Source: Candidatus Anderseniibacteriota bacterium (lineage in GTDB: Bacteria; Patescibacteriota; Andersenbacteria; UBA10190). From it: DNA of 64,000 bases. The stretch spans positions 215,062 to 279,061 of the forward strand of contig JAIOOW010000002.1 of NCBI GenBank assembly GCA_021414205.1. The letters are read 5' to 3'. The notes beneath the pieces were generated by a model. That model was given only the letters and a program-made list of their open reading frames with translations. It was not told where the DNA came from and searched no databases. Made by a program: the position numbers and the translations under genes. Shown piece after piece: positions 18,022-28,309 of this stretch (position 1 is its first letter; each line of letters begins with the position of its first letter).

Positions 18022-19644
18022 ATGTCCCTTCAAGAAGATTTGCAACGTATCATGCATGGCGAAGTTGCAGTTGACGAAACGGCAAAAAATGCAGCTAGCC
18101 GCGACACGAGCCTATTCCAAGTGCAACCTTCCGCAGTAGTTCACCCGATGAATGTGCACGACGTGTGCGAATTAGTGACATATGCAAACACTCACGAAAA
18201 TGTTTCTCTTACTGCTCGAAGCGCCGGAACGGATATGACCGGCGGTCCGCTTTCCAATGGAATTATCCTAGACATGACAACGCACTTCACTCGCATCGGT
18301 GAGATACACGGCGCTTCTATTACGGTTGAGCCAGGCGTGTATTACCGAGATCTAGAAAAAAAGACTTCAGAAAAAAACTTGGAACTGCCATCCTACCCCG
18401 CATCAAAAGAACTATGCACTGTGGGCGGAATGGTAAATAATAATTCCGGCGGAGAAAAGACTCTTCAGTACGGCAAGACTGATAGATACATTCAAGAGCT
18501 TTCTATTGTATTGTCTGACGGCAATGAATACAAATTAAGTCCTCTTACTACATCAGAATTAGATGTTGCGATGAAGCAGCAGGATTTTTTGGGTCAAGTA
18601 TATAGAGACGTGTACGAATTGCTAGAAAAAAATTACGATGCAATCCAAACGGCAAAACCACATGTATCTAAAAACTCTGCAGGATACGCGCTCTGGAATG
18701 TATGGGACAAAAAAACATTCGACCTCACAAAACTATTCGCGGGCTCCCAAGGAACGCTCGGCATAACAACAGAAATTCAATTCGGACTCGTTCGCCCAAA
18801 GAAGCATGCCGTTATGCTCGTACTCTTTTTACGTTCACTGGAACCGCTCGCAGAACTCACGAACCATATTTTAAAGTATCAGCCAGAAAGCTTTGAATCA
18901 TACGACGACCACACGCTTTCTGTGGCGCTCAGACTCTTCCCCAGCTTTGTAAGAAAATTAAAAACAAATGCATTCGCACTAGGGCTGCAGTTCCTCCCGG
19001 AATTCATGATGATGCTGAGAGGCGGACTTCCAAAATTGATTATTATGGCAGAATTCACGGGCGATGATGAAGACGAAGTAGTGCTCCGCGCGCAAAATGC
19101 GCAAAGTGCCGTTGCGAAATTCAACGTTCAATCAAGAATTGCCGTCAGTCAGCAAGAACAGGATAAATACTGGACCATTCGACGAGAAAGCTTTAACCTC
19201 TTGCGCCACCATGTGCAGGGTAAGCACACGGCACCGTTTATAGATGATTGTATTGTGGAGCCGAAATACTTGCCGGAATTCTTGCCGAAGCTTGCGGCTA
19301 TTTTAAACAAATATAACTTAGACTATACAATCGCTGGCCACGTCGGTGATGGAAATTTTCATATTATTCCGCTCATGGACTTACGCGATGAAAAGCAGAA
19401 AGCAATTATTCCGAAAGCGTCCAAAGAAGTATACGACTTGGTATTTTTATTCCACGGATCTTCAACTGCGGAACATAACGACGGATTAATCAGAAGTCAT
19501 TTATTACCGCAAATGTACGGGGAAGAAATCTACAGTTTATTTGAGGAAACAAAAAAGATATTCGATCCAAAAAATATTTTCAACCCGGGCAAAAAAGTAA
19601 ACTCAGATTGGAAATACGCGCAATCGAAAATAACGGCGTATTAA
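18022..19644 (+). CDS. FAD-linked oxidoreductase (GlcD / D-2-hydroxyacid dehydrogenase-like)
   Basis: RSAGTDMTGG, CTVGGMVNNNSGG, GSQGTLG, GHVGDGNFH, EHNDG, FDPKNIFNPGK; start at ATG 18022 after TGCTATACT. Confidence 0.9.
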   Translation: MSLQEDLQRIMHGEVAVDETAKNAASRDTSLFQVQPSAVVHPMNVHDVCELVTYANTHENVSLTARSAGTDMTGGPLSNGIILDMTTHFTRIGEIHGASITVEPGVYYRDLEKKTSEKNLELPSYPASKELCTVGGMVNNNSGGEKTLQYGKTDRYIQELSIVLSDGNEYKLSPLTTSELDVAMKQQDFLGQVYRDVYELLEKNYDAIQTAKPHVSKNSAGYALWNVWDKKTFDLTKLFAGSQGTLGITTEIQFGLVRPKKHAVMLVLFLRSLEPLAELTNHILKYQPESFESYDDHTLSVALRLFPSFVRKLKTNAFALGLQFLPEFMMMLRGGLPKLIIMAEFTGDDEDEVVLRAQNAQSAVAKFNVQSRIAVSQQEQDKYWTIRRESFNLLRHHVQGKHTAPFIDDCIVEPKYLPEFLPKLAAILNKYNLDYTIAGHVGDGNFHIIPLMDLRDEKQKAIIPKASKEVYDLVFLFHGSSTAEHNDGLIRSHLLPQMYGEEIYSLFEETKKIFDPKNIFNPGKKVNSDWKYAQSKITAY

Positions 19645-22600
19645 TTACAATATTCGCAGTCTTTTTTGTGGCAGCCCGTCGCAGGGTCCATGAAGCTCAA
19701 ATTTTGAATTTCTTGCCATACTCGCTGGATAGTTTCTGTAAGATTTTTCGTATCCTCTTCCGTAATTTCAATCTTCTTTTTGACATAGCCTTTTTTCGAT
19801 GGCTCAACAAAGTCAATTTCACCACTCTTCATCGTATATCCGAACTGCTTGGCGTTATCGCATAAGAGCTTATAAAAAATCATTTGGCGCGCATAATTGC
19901 CGTCCTTTTTTACCTTTTGATACCACTTATCCGAATCCCCTGTTTTATAATCCACGACGTTGATCAGTTTATTTTGCTCATCCAGAATTTCAATTTTATC
20001 TAATTTGCCCGTAACTGGAACATCACCGATCATCACATGATATTTCTTGAAATTATGCTCAGTTAAAACATTGGAAAATAAATTATCTTTATAATGGTCA
20101 ACATATCCCATAATCGCCCTGTTCCCGCGAGATAAAATTTCATTAAAATCTGTTTCTGACATTGGCTCATGCCTCAAGTATTTTTCAAATAATTGCTGAA
20201 GCATAGAGCTATCCGGCACCGGCTTTCCTTGATGAAGCATTTCAAATACGTCGCGCAACGTATCGTGCAGGGCGCTTCCAAGCATCAAGCTTCTTGTTTT
20301 CATCGATGGAATTTGCAGAATATTTCTCCAGTAGAATTTCTGGGTGCATTCCAAATAATTATTCAAATGGGTAACAGACATGACATAGTTACCAAGCTGC
20401 GACTTAATGTATGCTTTTGCATCTTCTGAAACCGGCCCCCGCTCTTCAGCAATCAACGTTTCAAGTAGCCTATTTTCCTGCATTTCCGGAGTTTCTTCGT
20501 ACTTGATTTCAGAAATATATTCTTTCGGAATTTCAGAAAGAAAAATACTCGGAACAGTTTCCTTTCCTGTTGCAGAATGGCTCGACCTGGTCAGTGTCAC
20601 CGTCTGCATTGCGCGCGTAAGCGCTACATAAAACAATCTGCGCTCATCCTCGTTCCGATCGTTTTTAAATACAAAATCATACTTCACCAATCCTTCGGGC
20701 AAGCTCACTCCTGCGCGCTTTTTCGGATTTCCCCAATGCTTGTCATTCATCTTCATCACAAACACGTGCAGCCACTCAAGCCCCTTTGCCTTATGAGCAG
20801 ACATTAAATGCACCGCACCGACACCGCCTTCCCACTGCGGAGTAAGTAAGTCGATATCATGATGTTGCAAAAACGAAAGGTGCTGTACAAAGTCCTGGAC
20901 AGAATATCCCACATGAACACTGGCAAGCTCTTTTGCCTCGTTTAAAAATCGCTTCATCGCACGCAACTCAATAACAGCATCTTTTTTCCCCATCACAAGA
21001 CCCATCCATTTCGTTTCTTTAATAACGTGTTCCAAAAATGCCATCACAGACATGTTCGTACATTCTTGCGAAAATTCTGCCAACTGCGTCGAAAAAGCAA
21101 GAAATGCTTCCGGGTTCCCAACTTCTGCGTTTGCAAGATGAGCCTTACTAGAAATGGCGCTATATAAAGATATGTATTGGCGGCCTGAATAATGAATTAT
21201 TTTCAATGTATCCACAACATCCAAATTCCACCACGTATACTGAATAATCCTGGCAAGCAGTTCATCCCGCCCAGAAACTAACCACTCAAGCAATACCGCC
21301 CACTGGCGCACCGCAGGAACATCGAAAATATTTTCTCCCATCTCTATTCTTGCAGGAATATTCATCGTCCGAAGCGTATGCAACAACGAATTTCCGTCCG
21401 CATTATATCGATACAGCACAGCAATATCTTCCGGCTTTGCGCCATTTTCTATAAGCGTTCTGATTTTTTGCCCTATTACAAATTCCTCCTGATCTTGGGA
21501 CTCTGTAGTAATACCGTCAATATTTTTTTCCGGTATTTGCCTTCCTGGAAGCAGCTGCTCAATGATCCCGGGGATATGCGCTTTGAGAGATTCTGCATTA
21601 TGGGAAATAAGCGCTCCGGATGCGTCTATAACTTTTTTCTGACTCCTGTAATTTTCAGTAAGAGAAATAACTGTAATGGCGCGCTTGTATCGCTCATAAA
21701 ACGACAGCATGTTTGCAAGTGATGCTCCTTGAAATCGATAAATAGACTGCTTATCATCGCCCACTACGAACATATTCGGCGCGTCATCGAACGAACCAAG
21801 CAGTTCAACGATTTCATTTTGCCCGCCGTTCGTATCCTGATATTCATCCACTAAAATATATTGAAACTGCTCCTGATAATCGGCGAGAAGATCGGGATTT
21901 TTTTTCAACTCTGCAACGCAGCGAGAAATCATATCTTCATAGTCATACATACCGCTTTCCGCCAATTTTTCTTCATACTTTTTATACACCTCTGCAAGCG
22001 CACGATTTCGATTCAGATTTTTTGATTCGCCTTCAAACCATTTCTTTACTGCATTTTTAAGCTGCGTTCTTGCCTTGCTTTGGTCGCGCACAGAATCACT
22101 TGCGGCATACTGTTCTTCGTATTGTACGAATATTTGATCAACAGCATATGCGACAGATTTTTGAACATTTGCTCGCGCAAACCCATCCTGAAAAGCTACT
22201 CGCAATTGCTCGCACGCCTCATGCGTTCGTAACTTTGGCGTCAATCCAAAAAAAGCCCCTGCATTATCTTGAATATCCTGAAAAAATACTTCTAGAGCAT
22301 CTAGCACTCCCACAAATGCCTCGGGGGAAATATCTTCCTGCTTTAATTCTCCAATCGTTTTCGTGACGTCGCTAAAATATAAATAGGGAGCATAAAACGG
22401 TTTCAAGGGACTGCCTTCCGGCAACATGTCTACTATAGCTTGAAATATCTCTACCTTTTCAGCATCAGATACTAAACGCCACGTATCTCCTTTTGCAAAG
22501 ATTTCAGGATGATCCTGCAAAATTTCATTGCAAAACGAATGGAATGTATGAATGCGAACATAGTATGCAGGCGTTCCGATAATAGAAAGGAGGCGGCTAC

Positions 22601-22793
22601 GCATAGCAGCAACACCAGACTCCGTAAACGTCAGACATAAAATATTCCACGGGTCCATTTGCGTTTGCTGCAAAATATTCGCAATACGCATTGCCAATGT
22701 CTGAGTCTTGCCTGTTCCCGGACCCGCAAGGACCATCACGGGCCCCTCTATGGTACTAACGGCGAGTTGTTGGGCGGGGTTGAGATCGGGCAT
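19641..22793 (-). CDS. UvrD/PcrA-family helicase fused to a C-terminal PD-(D/E)XK nuclease
   Basis: LAGPGTGKT, LVDEYQD, VGDDKQSIYRFQGA, NYRS, HKAKGLEW, EERR-like DERRLFYVALTRA; C-terminal GKLDKI...DYKTG. Confidence 0.92.
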   Translation of the reverse strand: MPDLNPAQQLAVSTIEGPVMVLAGPGTGKTQTLAMRIANILQQTQMDPWNILCLTFTESGVAAMRSRLLSIIGTPAYYVRIHTFHSFCNEILQDHPEIFAKGDTWRLVSDAEKVEIFQAIVDMLPEGSPLKPFYAPYLYFSDVTKTIGELKQEDISPEAFVGVLDALEVFFQDIQDNAGAFFGLTPKLRTHEACEQLRVAFQDGFARANVQKSVAYAVDQIFVQYEEQYAASDSVRDQSKARTQLKNAVKKWFEGESKNLNRNRALAEVYKKYEEKLAESGMYDYEDMISRCVAELKKNPDLLADYQEQFQYILVDEYQDTNGGQNEIVELLGSFDDAPNMFVVGDDKQSIYRFQGASLANMLSFYERYKRAITVISLTENYRSQKKVIDASGALISHNAESLKAHIPGIIEQLLPGRQIPEKNIDGITTESQDQEEFVIGQKIRTLIENGAKPEDIAVLYRYNADGNSLLHTLRTMNIPARIEMGENIFDVPAVRQWAVLLEWLVSGRDELLARIIQYTWWNLDVVDTLKIIHYSGRQYISLYSAISSKAHLANAEVGNPEAFLAFSTQLAEFSQECTNMSVMAFLEHVIKETKWMGLVMGKKDAVIELRAMKRFLNEAKELASVHVGYSVQDFVQHLSFLQHHDIDLLTPQWEGGVGAVHLMSAHKAKGLEWLHVFVMKMNDKHWGNPKKRAGVSLPEGLVKYDFVFKNDRNEDERRLFYVALTRAMQTVTLTRSSHSATGKETVPSIFLSEIPKEYISEIKYEETPEMQENRLLETLIAEERGPVSEDAKAYIKSQLGNYVMSVTHLNNYLECTQKFYWRNILQIPSMKTRSLMLGSALHDTLRDVFEMLHQGKPVPDSSMLQQLFEKYLRHEPMSETDFNEILSRGNRAIMGYVDHYKDNLFSNVLTEHNFKKYHVMIGDVPVTGKLDKIEILDEQNKLINVVDYKTGDSDKWYQKVKKDGNYARQMIFYKLLCDNAKQFGYTMKSGEIDFVEPSKKGYVKKKIEITEEDTKNLTETIQRVWQEIQNLSFMDPATGCHKKDCEYCN

Positions 22794-23481
22794 ACAAAAA
22801 CAGTAGCACGCCGATTGCAAAAACTGGAATAGTTAAAAATTGCCCCCGCGTAAGACCGATCGTATAGGGCCATTCTTGCACACGAAGATATTCTAAGAAA
22901 AATCTTGAGACGCTATAGACGACCAAGAAGGTCGCGATAACGAATCCTTGCTTACTTCCTTTTCGAAGCATTACGTAGCATATAATAGCCGTCACAAGCA
23001 TTGCACCAATATCCCAAAACGCATCATAGCCTCTGTATAATTCCTGATTGATAAAATTTCCAAACCTACCGAGCGCCAACCCAATCGCTACCGGAACAGT
23101 GATAATGTCAGCAATGGCAAAAATATCCACCTTTTCTTTTTTTACCCACAACCATATAGCAACAGCGACTCCAATAAATCCTCCGTGAGAGCTCATCCCC
23201 CCAAGCCATATTGCAAATACATACAACGAATGGGAAATAAAAAAACCTGGCTCGTAGAATACTGCATATCCAAGCCTCCCGCCAATCAGTACACCTAACG
23301 CTCCATAGACTATTAACCAAGTATAACTATCACGAGAAATGTTTAAACCTCGCAATCTCCCTAAATAGGGCAACAGGGCGTACGCAATCCAAAATGCAGC
23401 AGCATACATAATGCCATACCAATGGATAGCAAATTGTCCGAACGAAATAGCTATCGTTCGCGATGGGAAAAACTCGATCAT
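22756..23481 (-). CDS. lgt: Prolipoprotein diacylglyceryl transferase (shortened)
   Basis: IHWYGIMY, GGRLGY, GGMSSHGG, LGRFGNFINQE, YSVSRFFLEYLR. Confidence 0.9.
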   Translation of the reverse strand: MIEFFPSRTIAISFGQFAIHWYGIMYAAAFWIAYALLPYLGRLRGLNISRDSYTWLIVYGALGVLIGGRLGYAVFYEPGFFISHSLYVFAIWLGGMSSHGGFIGVAVAIWLWVKKEKVDIFAIADIITVPVAIGLALGRFGNFINQELYRGYDAFWDIGAMLVTAIICYVMLRKGSKQGFVIATFLVVYSVSRFFLEYLRVQEWPYTIGLTRGQFLTIPVFAIGVLLFLYARSQPRPTTRR

Positions 23482-23487
23482 ATTTCT

Positions 23488-24522
23488 TTATATCCCAAAC
23501 TGAGCTTTTTCCTGAGGAGGAACAAGTTGGATACGATGCTTTGCAAATAAATGGATGATATTTAAAATGATTTCTTGGCGCGCGACGAGATACACATCAA
23601 AATCACGATCATCAATAATATAGACAAGCTCGAACATAATCGCCTTAGTCCCCATCTCTACTAAAAAGGCGCTCTTGCACGCTGCATGATCAACCGCGCT
23701 AACGCTCTCTTCGAGAATGCCAGGAATTTTTGCAAGCGTTTTTGCGTCGGTACCGTATGGCACTGCAATATTCATCACAGAACGACGCTCTTTCATCCTC
23801 CTGAAATTACTAATGCGCGCAGCAGAAATATCCTTGTTCGGGATGCTCACTTCCTCTCCTGAAAGCGCCCTAATCCTAGTCGTTTTAATGCCGATTTTTT
23901 GCACTGTTCCGCTATTCCCACCCACCACAATATAATCCCCAATCACGAATGGCTTATCAAAGAATATTGCAATGGAGCTGAATAAATCTCCTAAAATATT
24001 CTGCGCAGCAAGCGCAATCGCAATTCCCCCGATTCCTAGGCCAGCAATTAAAGATGTGATATTTACTCCAAAATTCGAAAGGACGAATAATAATGCCGTC
24101 AGCCATAACGCAATTTTAATAATTCCCGATAAGATGCCTGAAACCATCGCGCTTCCAGCTTTTGTATTCGTGCGCACCTTTTCTGAAATAATAAAATCTA
24201 TAAAAATCTGAAACGCAATAATTGCCTGAATAATCGCCCAGATGATAAATACCTTATTGATAAGGGCGCTCGCAAAAGCGTCAACCCGTAAATACTGAAG
24301 CGCAAACACGAATGACGCAAACCAATAGAACGGCGCATTCACAGTTCCGATCATTTCTACGATAGCATCGTCAATTAATGTTCCCGATTTTTCTGCGAAT
24401 TTCTTACTGGATGCGAGAAGTCCCCTTTTTATAATCATCACACTGAGGGCAGCAATGGAAAATATCAACAATGCGACAGCATATTGAAACACCGTATTCC
24501 CCCAGTACGTTTCTATAGCCAT
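23488..24522 (-). CDS. mscS: Small-conductance mechanosensitive channel
   Basis: AGLGIGGIAIALAAQ, DKPFVIGDYI, GTVQKIGIKTT, IPN. Confidence 0.93.
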   Translation of the reverse strand: MAIETYWGNTVFQYAVALLIFSIAALSVMIIKRGLLASSKKFAEKSGTLIDDAIVEMIGTVNAPFYWFASFVFALQYLRVDAFASALINKVFIIWAIIQAIIAFQIFIDFIISEKVRTNTKAGSAMVSGILSGIIKIALWLTALLFVLSNFGVNITSLIAGLGIGGIAIALAAQNILGDLFSSIAIFFDKPFVIGDYIVVGGNSGTVQKIGIKTTRIRALSGEEVSIPNKDISAARISNFRRMKERRSVMNIAVPYGTDAKTLAKIPGILEESVSAVDHAACKSAFLVEMGTKAIMFELVYIIDDRDFDVYLVARQEIILNIIHLFAKHRIQLVPPQEKAQFGI

Positions 24523-24549
24523 ATATTGAGTATATGATACGATCGATAT

Positions 24550-25971
24550 ATGAACAACGTGCCATTATGCGTGGACTTAGACGGAACGCTCGTCCGAACA
24601 AACACATTACTCGAGACGACACTTATTACATTAAAAAAGAACCCGTTCTTTCTAATTTCCCTTGTAAAGGGGTTGCCCCGCGGCAAAGCATTCGTCAAAC
24701 GGCTCATTGGAAAACAATTTTCTACAGACCCGGCAACTTTGCCATACAATACCGAATTTCTCGACTGGATTAGGCAAGAGCGTGCAAATGGGCGAACGCT
24801 CATTCTCGCAACTGCAAGCGACGAATTAATCGCAAAAAAAATTGCTGACTATCTCGGAATATTTAGCGCCATCATTGCCAGCACGCCAGAAAAAAGCGTG
24901 ACAGCAGATGGAAAGGCACTGGTACTATGTGCGATGTACGGTTCTAGCAATTTTTCTTATGCCGGCAACTCCCATTCCGATTTATCCGTATGGAATTGCA
25001 GTAACAATGCCATACTAGTAGACGCACCAAACAATATAACTTCACAAATAAAAAAAGAAGTTCATATTGAAAAAGAATTCACAACACACACCGCGCCAAA
25101 ATTAAAAGTCATCGCAAAGACAATGCGCATTCATCAGTGGGTAAAAAATACGCTGTTATTCATACCAGCACTTGCTGCCCATGAATTATTTCAAACGCAC
25201 ACTGCAATTCAAGCGATCGTCGGCTTTTTATCATTCAGCTTACTTGCATCTGCCGTATATATTTTTAACGATATCACTGACATCCCTTCCGATAGAGCGC
25301 ATGCCACAAAGAAGTTCCGCCCTATTGCATCTGGCGCAATAGCAATCAAGCAAGCACTAGCACTCGGCGTAATCTGTTCCGTAGCAAGTATTGCCTTATC
25401 CCTACTGGCCCTCCCGATATCATTCCTCTTGATTCTTGCGATCTATCTTGGTATCAATATTTGCTATTCGCTATTCGCAAAGAAAATCGCATATCTCGAT
25501 ATTATTATCTTAGCCAGCTTATACGTACTTCGTGTGTTTGCGGGAAGCTTCGCCACAGGAATTGCAACATCAAAGTGGCTGTTCGTATGGACGCTTTTCT
25601 TCTTCTTAAGCCTGGCAATCATGAAGCGTGTTATTGAGTTGCTCAAGCACACAAAAGAAGAAAAACTGCATGGCAGAGGCTACCATAAAGCAGACAGATT
25701 AATCCTGGAGTATGCTGGCATTGCCTCGGCAAGCATTTCGGTCATCATTCTAGCTTTATATATTCATAGCCCATCGATATTCGTTCTCTATACATCCCCC
25801 GCATTACTGTGGGGCATGGTAGGCGTTGTCATGCTTTGGCTTGGGAGAATATGGACACTAGCCCTTCAAGGAGAACTTCCTGACGACCCGGTGTTATTTG
25901 CCGCTACGGACCCAATAAGCTATGGCGCTATATGCGTCATCATTGCAACCATGTTGCTTGCGTCCCACTAA
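24550..25971 (+). CDS. HAD-like phosphatase fused to a UbiA-family polyprenyl-phosphate phosphoribosyltransferase
   Basis: N-terminal VDLDGTL, LATAS, YAGNSHSDL; C-terminal RIHQWVKN, YIFNDITDIPSDRAHATKKFRPIASG, DDPVLFA. Confidence 0.88.
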   Translation: MNNVPLCVDLDGTLVRTNTLLETTLITLKKNPFFLISLVKGLPRGKAFVKRLIGKQFSTDPATLPYNTEFLDWIRQERANGRTLILATASDELIAKKIADYLGIFSAIIASTPEKSVTADGKALVLCAMYGSSNFSYAGNSHSDLSVWNCSNNAILVDAPNNITSQIKKEVHIEKEFTTHTAPKLKVIAKTMRIHQWVKNTLLFIPALAAHELFQTHTAIQAIVGFLSFSLLASAVYIFNDITDIPSDRAHATKKFRPIASGAIAIKQALALGVICSVASIALSLLALPISFLLILAIYLGINICYSLFAKKIAYLDIIILASLYVLRVFAGSFATGIATSKWLFVWTLFFFLSLAIMKRVIELLKHTKEEKLHGRGYHKADRLILEYAGIASASISVIILALYIHSPSIFVLYTSPALLWGMVGVVMLWLGRIWTLALQGELPDDPVLFAATDPISYGAICVIIATMLLASH

Positions 25972-25989
25972 TTGCCCCATACTAGCTAT

Positions 25990-26592
25990 ATGATATCGTT
26001 CACATTAGATAGCATCATCACCCTTATTCGAACGTACGGCTATGAGATTATTTTCCCGCTATCTATTATAGAAGGTCCTATTGTTGCGGTACTATCTGGC
26101 TTCATCGCATCACTGGGAAAATTAAATATATTCTTTGTATTCCTCGTACTACTGGCAGGAGATATTGTGGGGGATACTATACACTATGCGATTGGCAGAT
26201 GGGGACGCCACAACTTTATTAAAAAATGGGGAAAGTATATTGGCGTCACGGAAGAAAAAATACAGGCGCTGGAAAAATATTTCGAAAAACATAATTGGAA
26301 AATTCTTGCATTTGGAAAAACCCAGCCAATCGGATCCGCAATTCTTATTTCTGCCGGGCTTGCTGGCATGCCCTACTGGTCATACATCTGGTACAACATC
26401 TTAAGCACTATTCCCAAAATATTCATCTTAGAAATGATTGGGTACTACTTTGGCGACGCATACTACAAAATAAGCAGCCTATTAAGCTATGCAGGAGTCG
26501 CTTCTCTTATTATTGCAATCCTCTTTATCGGACTCTATCTGTGGTTCCAATCCTATCTCAAAAAAAGAGGTCCGAATATTGATAAGATATGA
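25990..26592 (+). CDS. DedA family membrane protein
   Basis: IEGPI, GDIVGDTIHYAIGRWG, AGLAGMPY; start at ATG 25990. Confidence 0.88.
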   Translation: MISFTLDSIITLIRTYGYEIIFPLSIIEGPIVAVLSGFIASLGKLNIFFVFLVLLAGDIVGDTIHYAIGRWGRHNFIKKWGKYIGVTEEKIQALEKYFEKHNWKILAFGKTQPIGSAILISAGLAGMPYWSYIWYNILSTIPKIFILEMIGYYFGDAYYKISSLLSYAGVASLIIAILFIGLYLWFQSYLKKRGPNIDKI

Positions 26593-27632
26593 AAAAGCTG
26601 GTCATCGTCACAGACACATGGCATCCGCAGGTAAATGGGGTAGTAACATGCATTGAAAACATTCTGCCGTCCCTCGAAAAAAATAATTTCGAAGTTACTA
26701 TTATCCACCCAGGACTGTTTTGGACGGTGCCGCTGTTTTTCTATCCAGAAATCAGATTATCACCCATTCCATATAGAAAAATGAAAAAAATGCTCGCAGA
26801 ACTTGCGCCCGATTACATTCACATCATAACGGAAGGACCCCTTGGTCTTTCTGCCAGAATTTTATGCCAGCAAAAAGAATGGAAATTCACCACTTCGTAT
26901 CACACAAATTTTTCTCAATACATTCAAATGAGAATTGGGCCGTTATTTGGAACAGTGAACGCATACATCACCTGGTTCCATAATGCAGGAAGTACGACAA
27001 TGGTGGGAACAGACAGTCTTAAAAAGGAGCTTTCAGAGTATGGAGTAAAGAATATTTCAATTTGGCCGTTAGGCGTTGATACAAAACGCTTTACGAAAAA
27101 CGAGGATACGGCTCACATGCCAGACGAAATACAACATCTCGCAAAACCGATTTTTGCATATTTTGGCAGAGTTGCAGTTGAAAAGAACATTGAAGAATTC
27201 CTACAATTGACCCTACCAGGAACAAAGCTGGTCATTGGCGAAGGGCCCCAACAAGAATCTCTGCAAGAAAAATACCCAGACACCATCTTTACAGGATACA
27301 AACAAGGAAAAGATCTCATTGATTGGCTGTCACACTGCAATGTATTAGTATTCCCCTCTCTTACCGATACCTTCGGATTAGTTATCATCGAAGCGCTCGC
27401 AATGGGAATTCCAGTTGCGGCTCATGATGTTACCGGACCAAAAGACATCATCTCACAAGGCGTAGACGGCTACTTAGGCGACAATCTCGCACAAGCAGCC
27501 ATACAGTGCCTCAAGCTTAACCCGAGCGCTTGCAGACAAAAAGCAATGCAATACTCATGGGAACACTCTACTGAACAATTTATGAGCCATGTAGTACCCG
27601 CCCACGAACCGGAGACCGACGAGTTAACATAA
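26589..27632 (+). CDS. GT4 glycosyltransferase (alpha-mannosyltransferase-like)
   Basis: TDTWHPQVNGVV, GRVAVEKN, FPSLTDTFGLVIIEALAMG. Confidence 0.92.
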   Translation: MKKLVIVTDTWHPQVNGVVTCIENILPSLEKNNFEVTIIHPGLFWTVPLFFYPEIRLSPIPYRKMKKMLAELAPDYIHIITEGPLGLSARILCQQKEWKFTTSYHTNFSQYIQMRIGPLFGTVNAYITWFHNAGSTTMVGTDSLKKELSEYGVKNISIWPLGVDTKRFTKNEDTAHMPDEIQHLAKPIFAYFGRVAVEKNIEEFLQLTLPGTKLVIGEGPQQESLQEKYPDTIFTGYKQGKDLIDWLSHCNVLVFPSLTDTFGLVIIEALAMGIPVAAHDVTGPKDIISQGVDGYLGDNLAQAAIQCLKLNPSACRQKAMQYSWEHSTEQFMSHVVPAHEPETDELT

Positions 27633-28293
27633 ACAATCGCAGATTTTGAGAGACGACTTCTCGCAATGGAATAACGGACAATACGTGCCGCATTGTTTCC
27701 ATATCTCCTTTTAATCCTGCAAAAAATCCCAATTTTGCAATTTTACGAGGGCTCGTAACGCGCGACCAAGAAACAATGTTCAGTGATGCGCGCTTACTAA
27801 TAACAACCCTATTCATAAATACTTCGAGGCCATAACTCGGCAACGCTTTCATTGCGTCCATATATTCTGCAAATAATCTTTTATAAAAAACTCGCTCGCC
27901 AGTAATAAAATCCAAGCCGAGCAATCGATAAAATAAAATACTATGCCCGCGCAAACTCATAGTCACATCAAATTGTCCGGAAATTACTGGGGCAAGCAAC
28001 CGATGAATACTCTCAGAAGTGACTCCTAATAAATCCGCATCAAGCATCACAATAATATCTCCACTAGCACGTTCCAACCCCGTTGCAACAGCAAAGCTTT
28101 TACCCTTATTTTCAGGTAAAGCTATGAGCTGAATGTTTGGATATTGTTTTACTGCGCTTCCTGTCCCATCAGTAGACCCGTCGTCGACTACGATTATCTC
28201 TGCAATATCCTTGCATGCAAGCGCTGCCTGAAGAACGTTATGGATCCGCCCCTCCTCGTTATATGCTGCGATAATACACGTAACGTTTGCCAC
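27580..28293 (-). CDS. GT2 glycosyltransferase
   Basis: IAAYNEE, VDDGSTDGT, NKGK, LDADL. Confidence 0.9.
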   Translation of the reverse strand: MANVTCIIAAYNEEGRIHNVLQAALACKDIAEIIVVDDGSTDGTGSAVKQYPNIQLIALPENKGKSFAVATGLERASGDIIVMLDADLLGVTSESIHRLLAPVISGQFDVTMSLRGHSILFYRLLGLDFITGERVFYKRLFAEYMDAMKALPSYGLEVFMNRVVISKRASLNIVSWSRVTSPRKIAKLGFFAGLKGDMETMRHVLSVIPLREVVSQNLRLFMLTRRSPVRGRVLHGS

Positions 28294-28309
28294 ATTGGGA
28301 TAGTTACCA

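Noticed and set aside
18022-19644. FAD oxidoreductase as DprE1 completing an arabinose pathway
   Set aside because: GHxGDGNxH and EHxDG motifs indicate the GlcD/D-lactate dehydrogenase type, and no DprE2-like SDR is adjacent
19641-22793. Helicase-nuclease as an anti-phage system or Cas4 locus
   Set aside because: Housekeeping context (lgt, mscS), no cas genes, array or defence partners; repair is the simpler explanation
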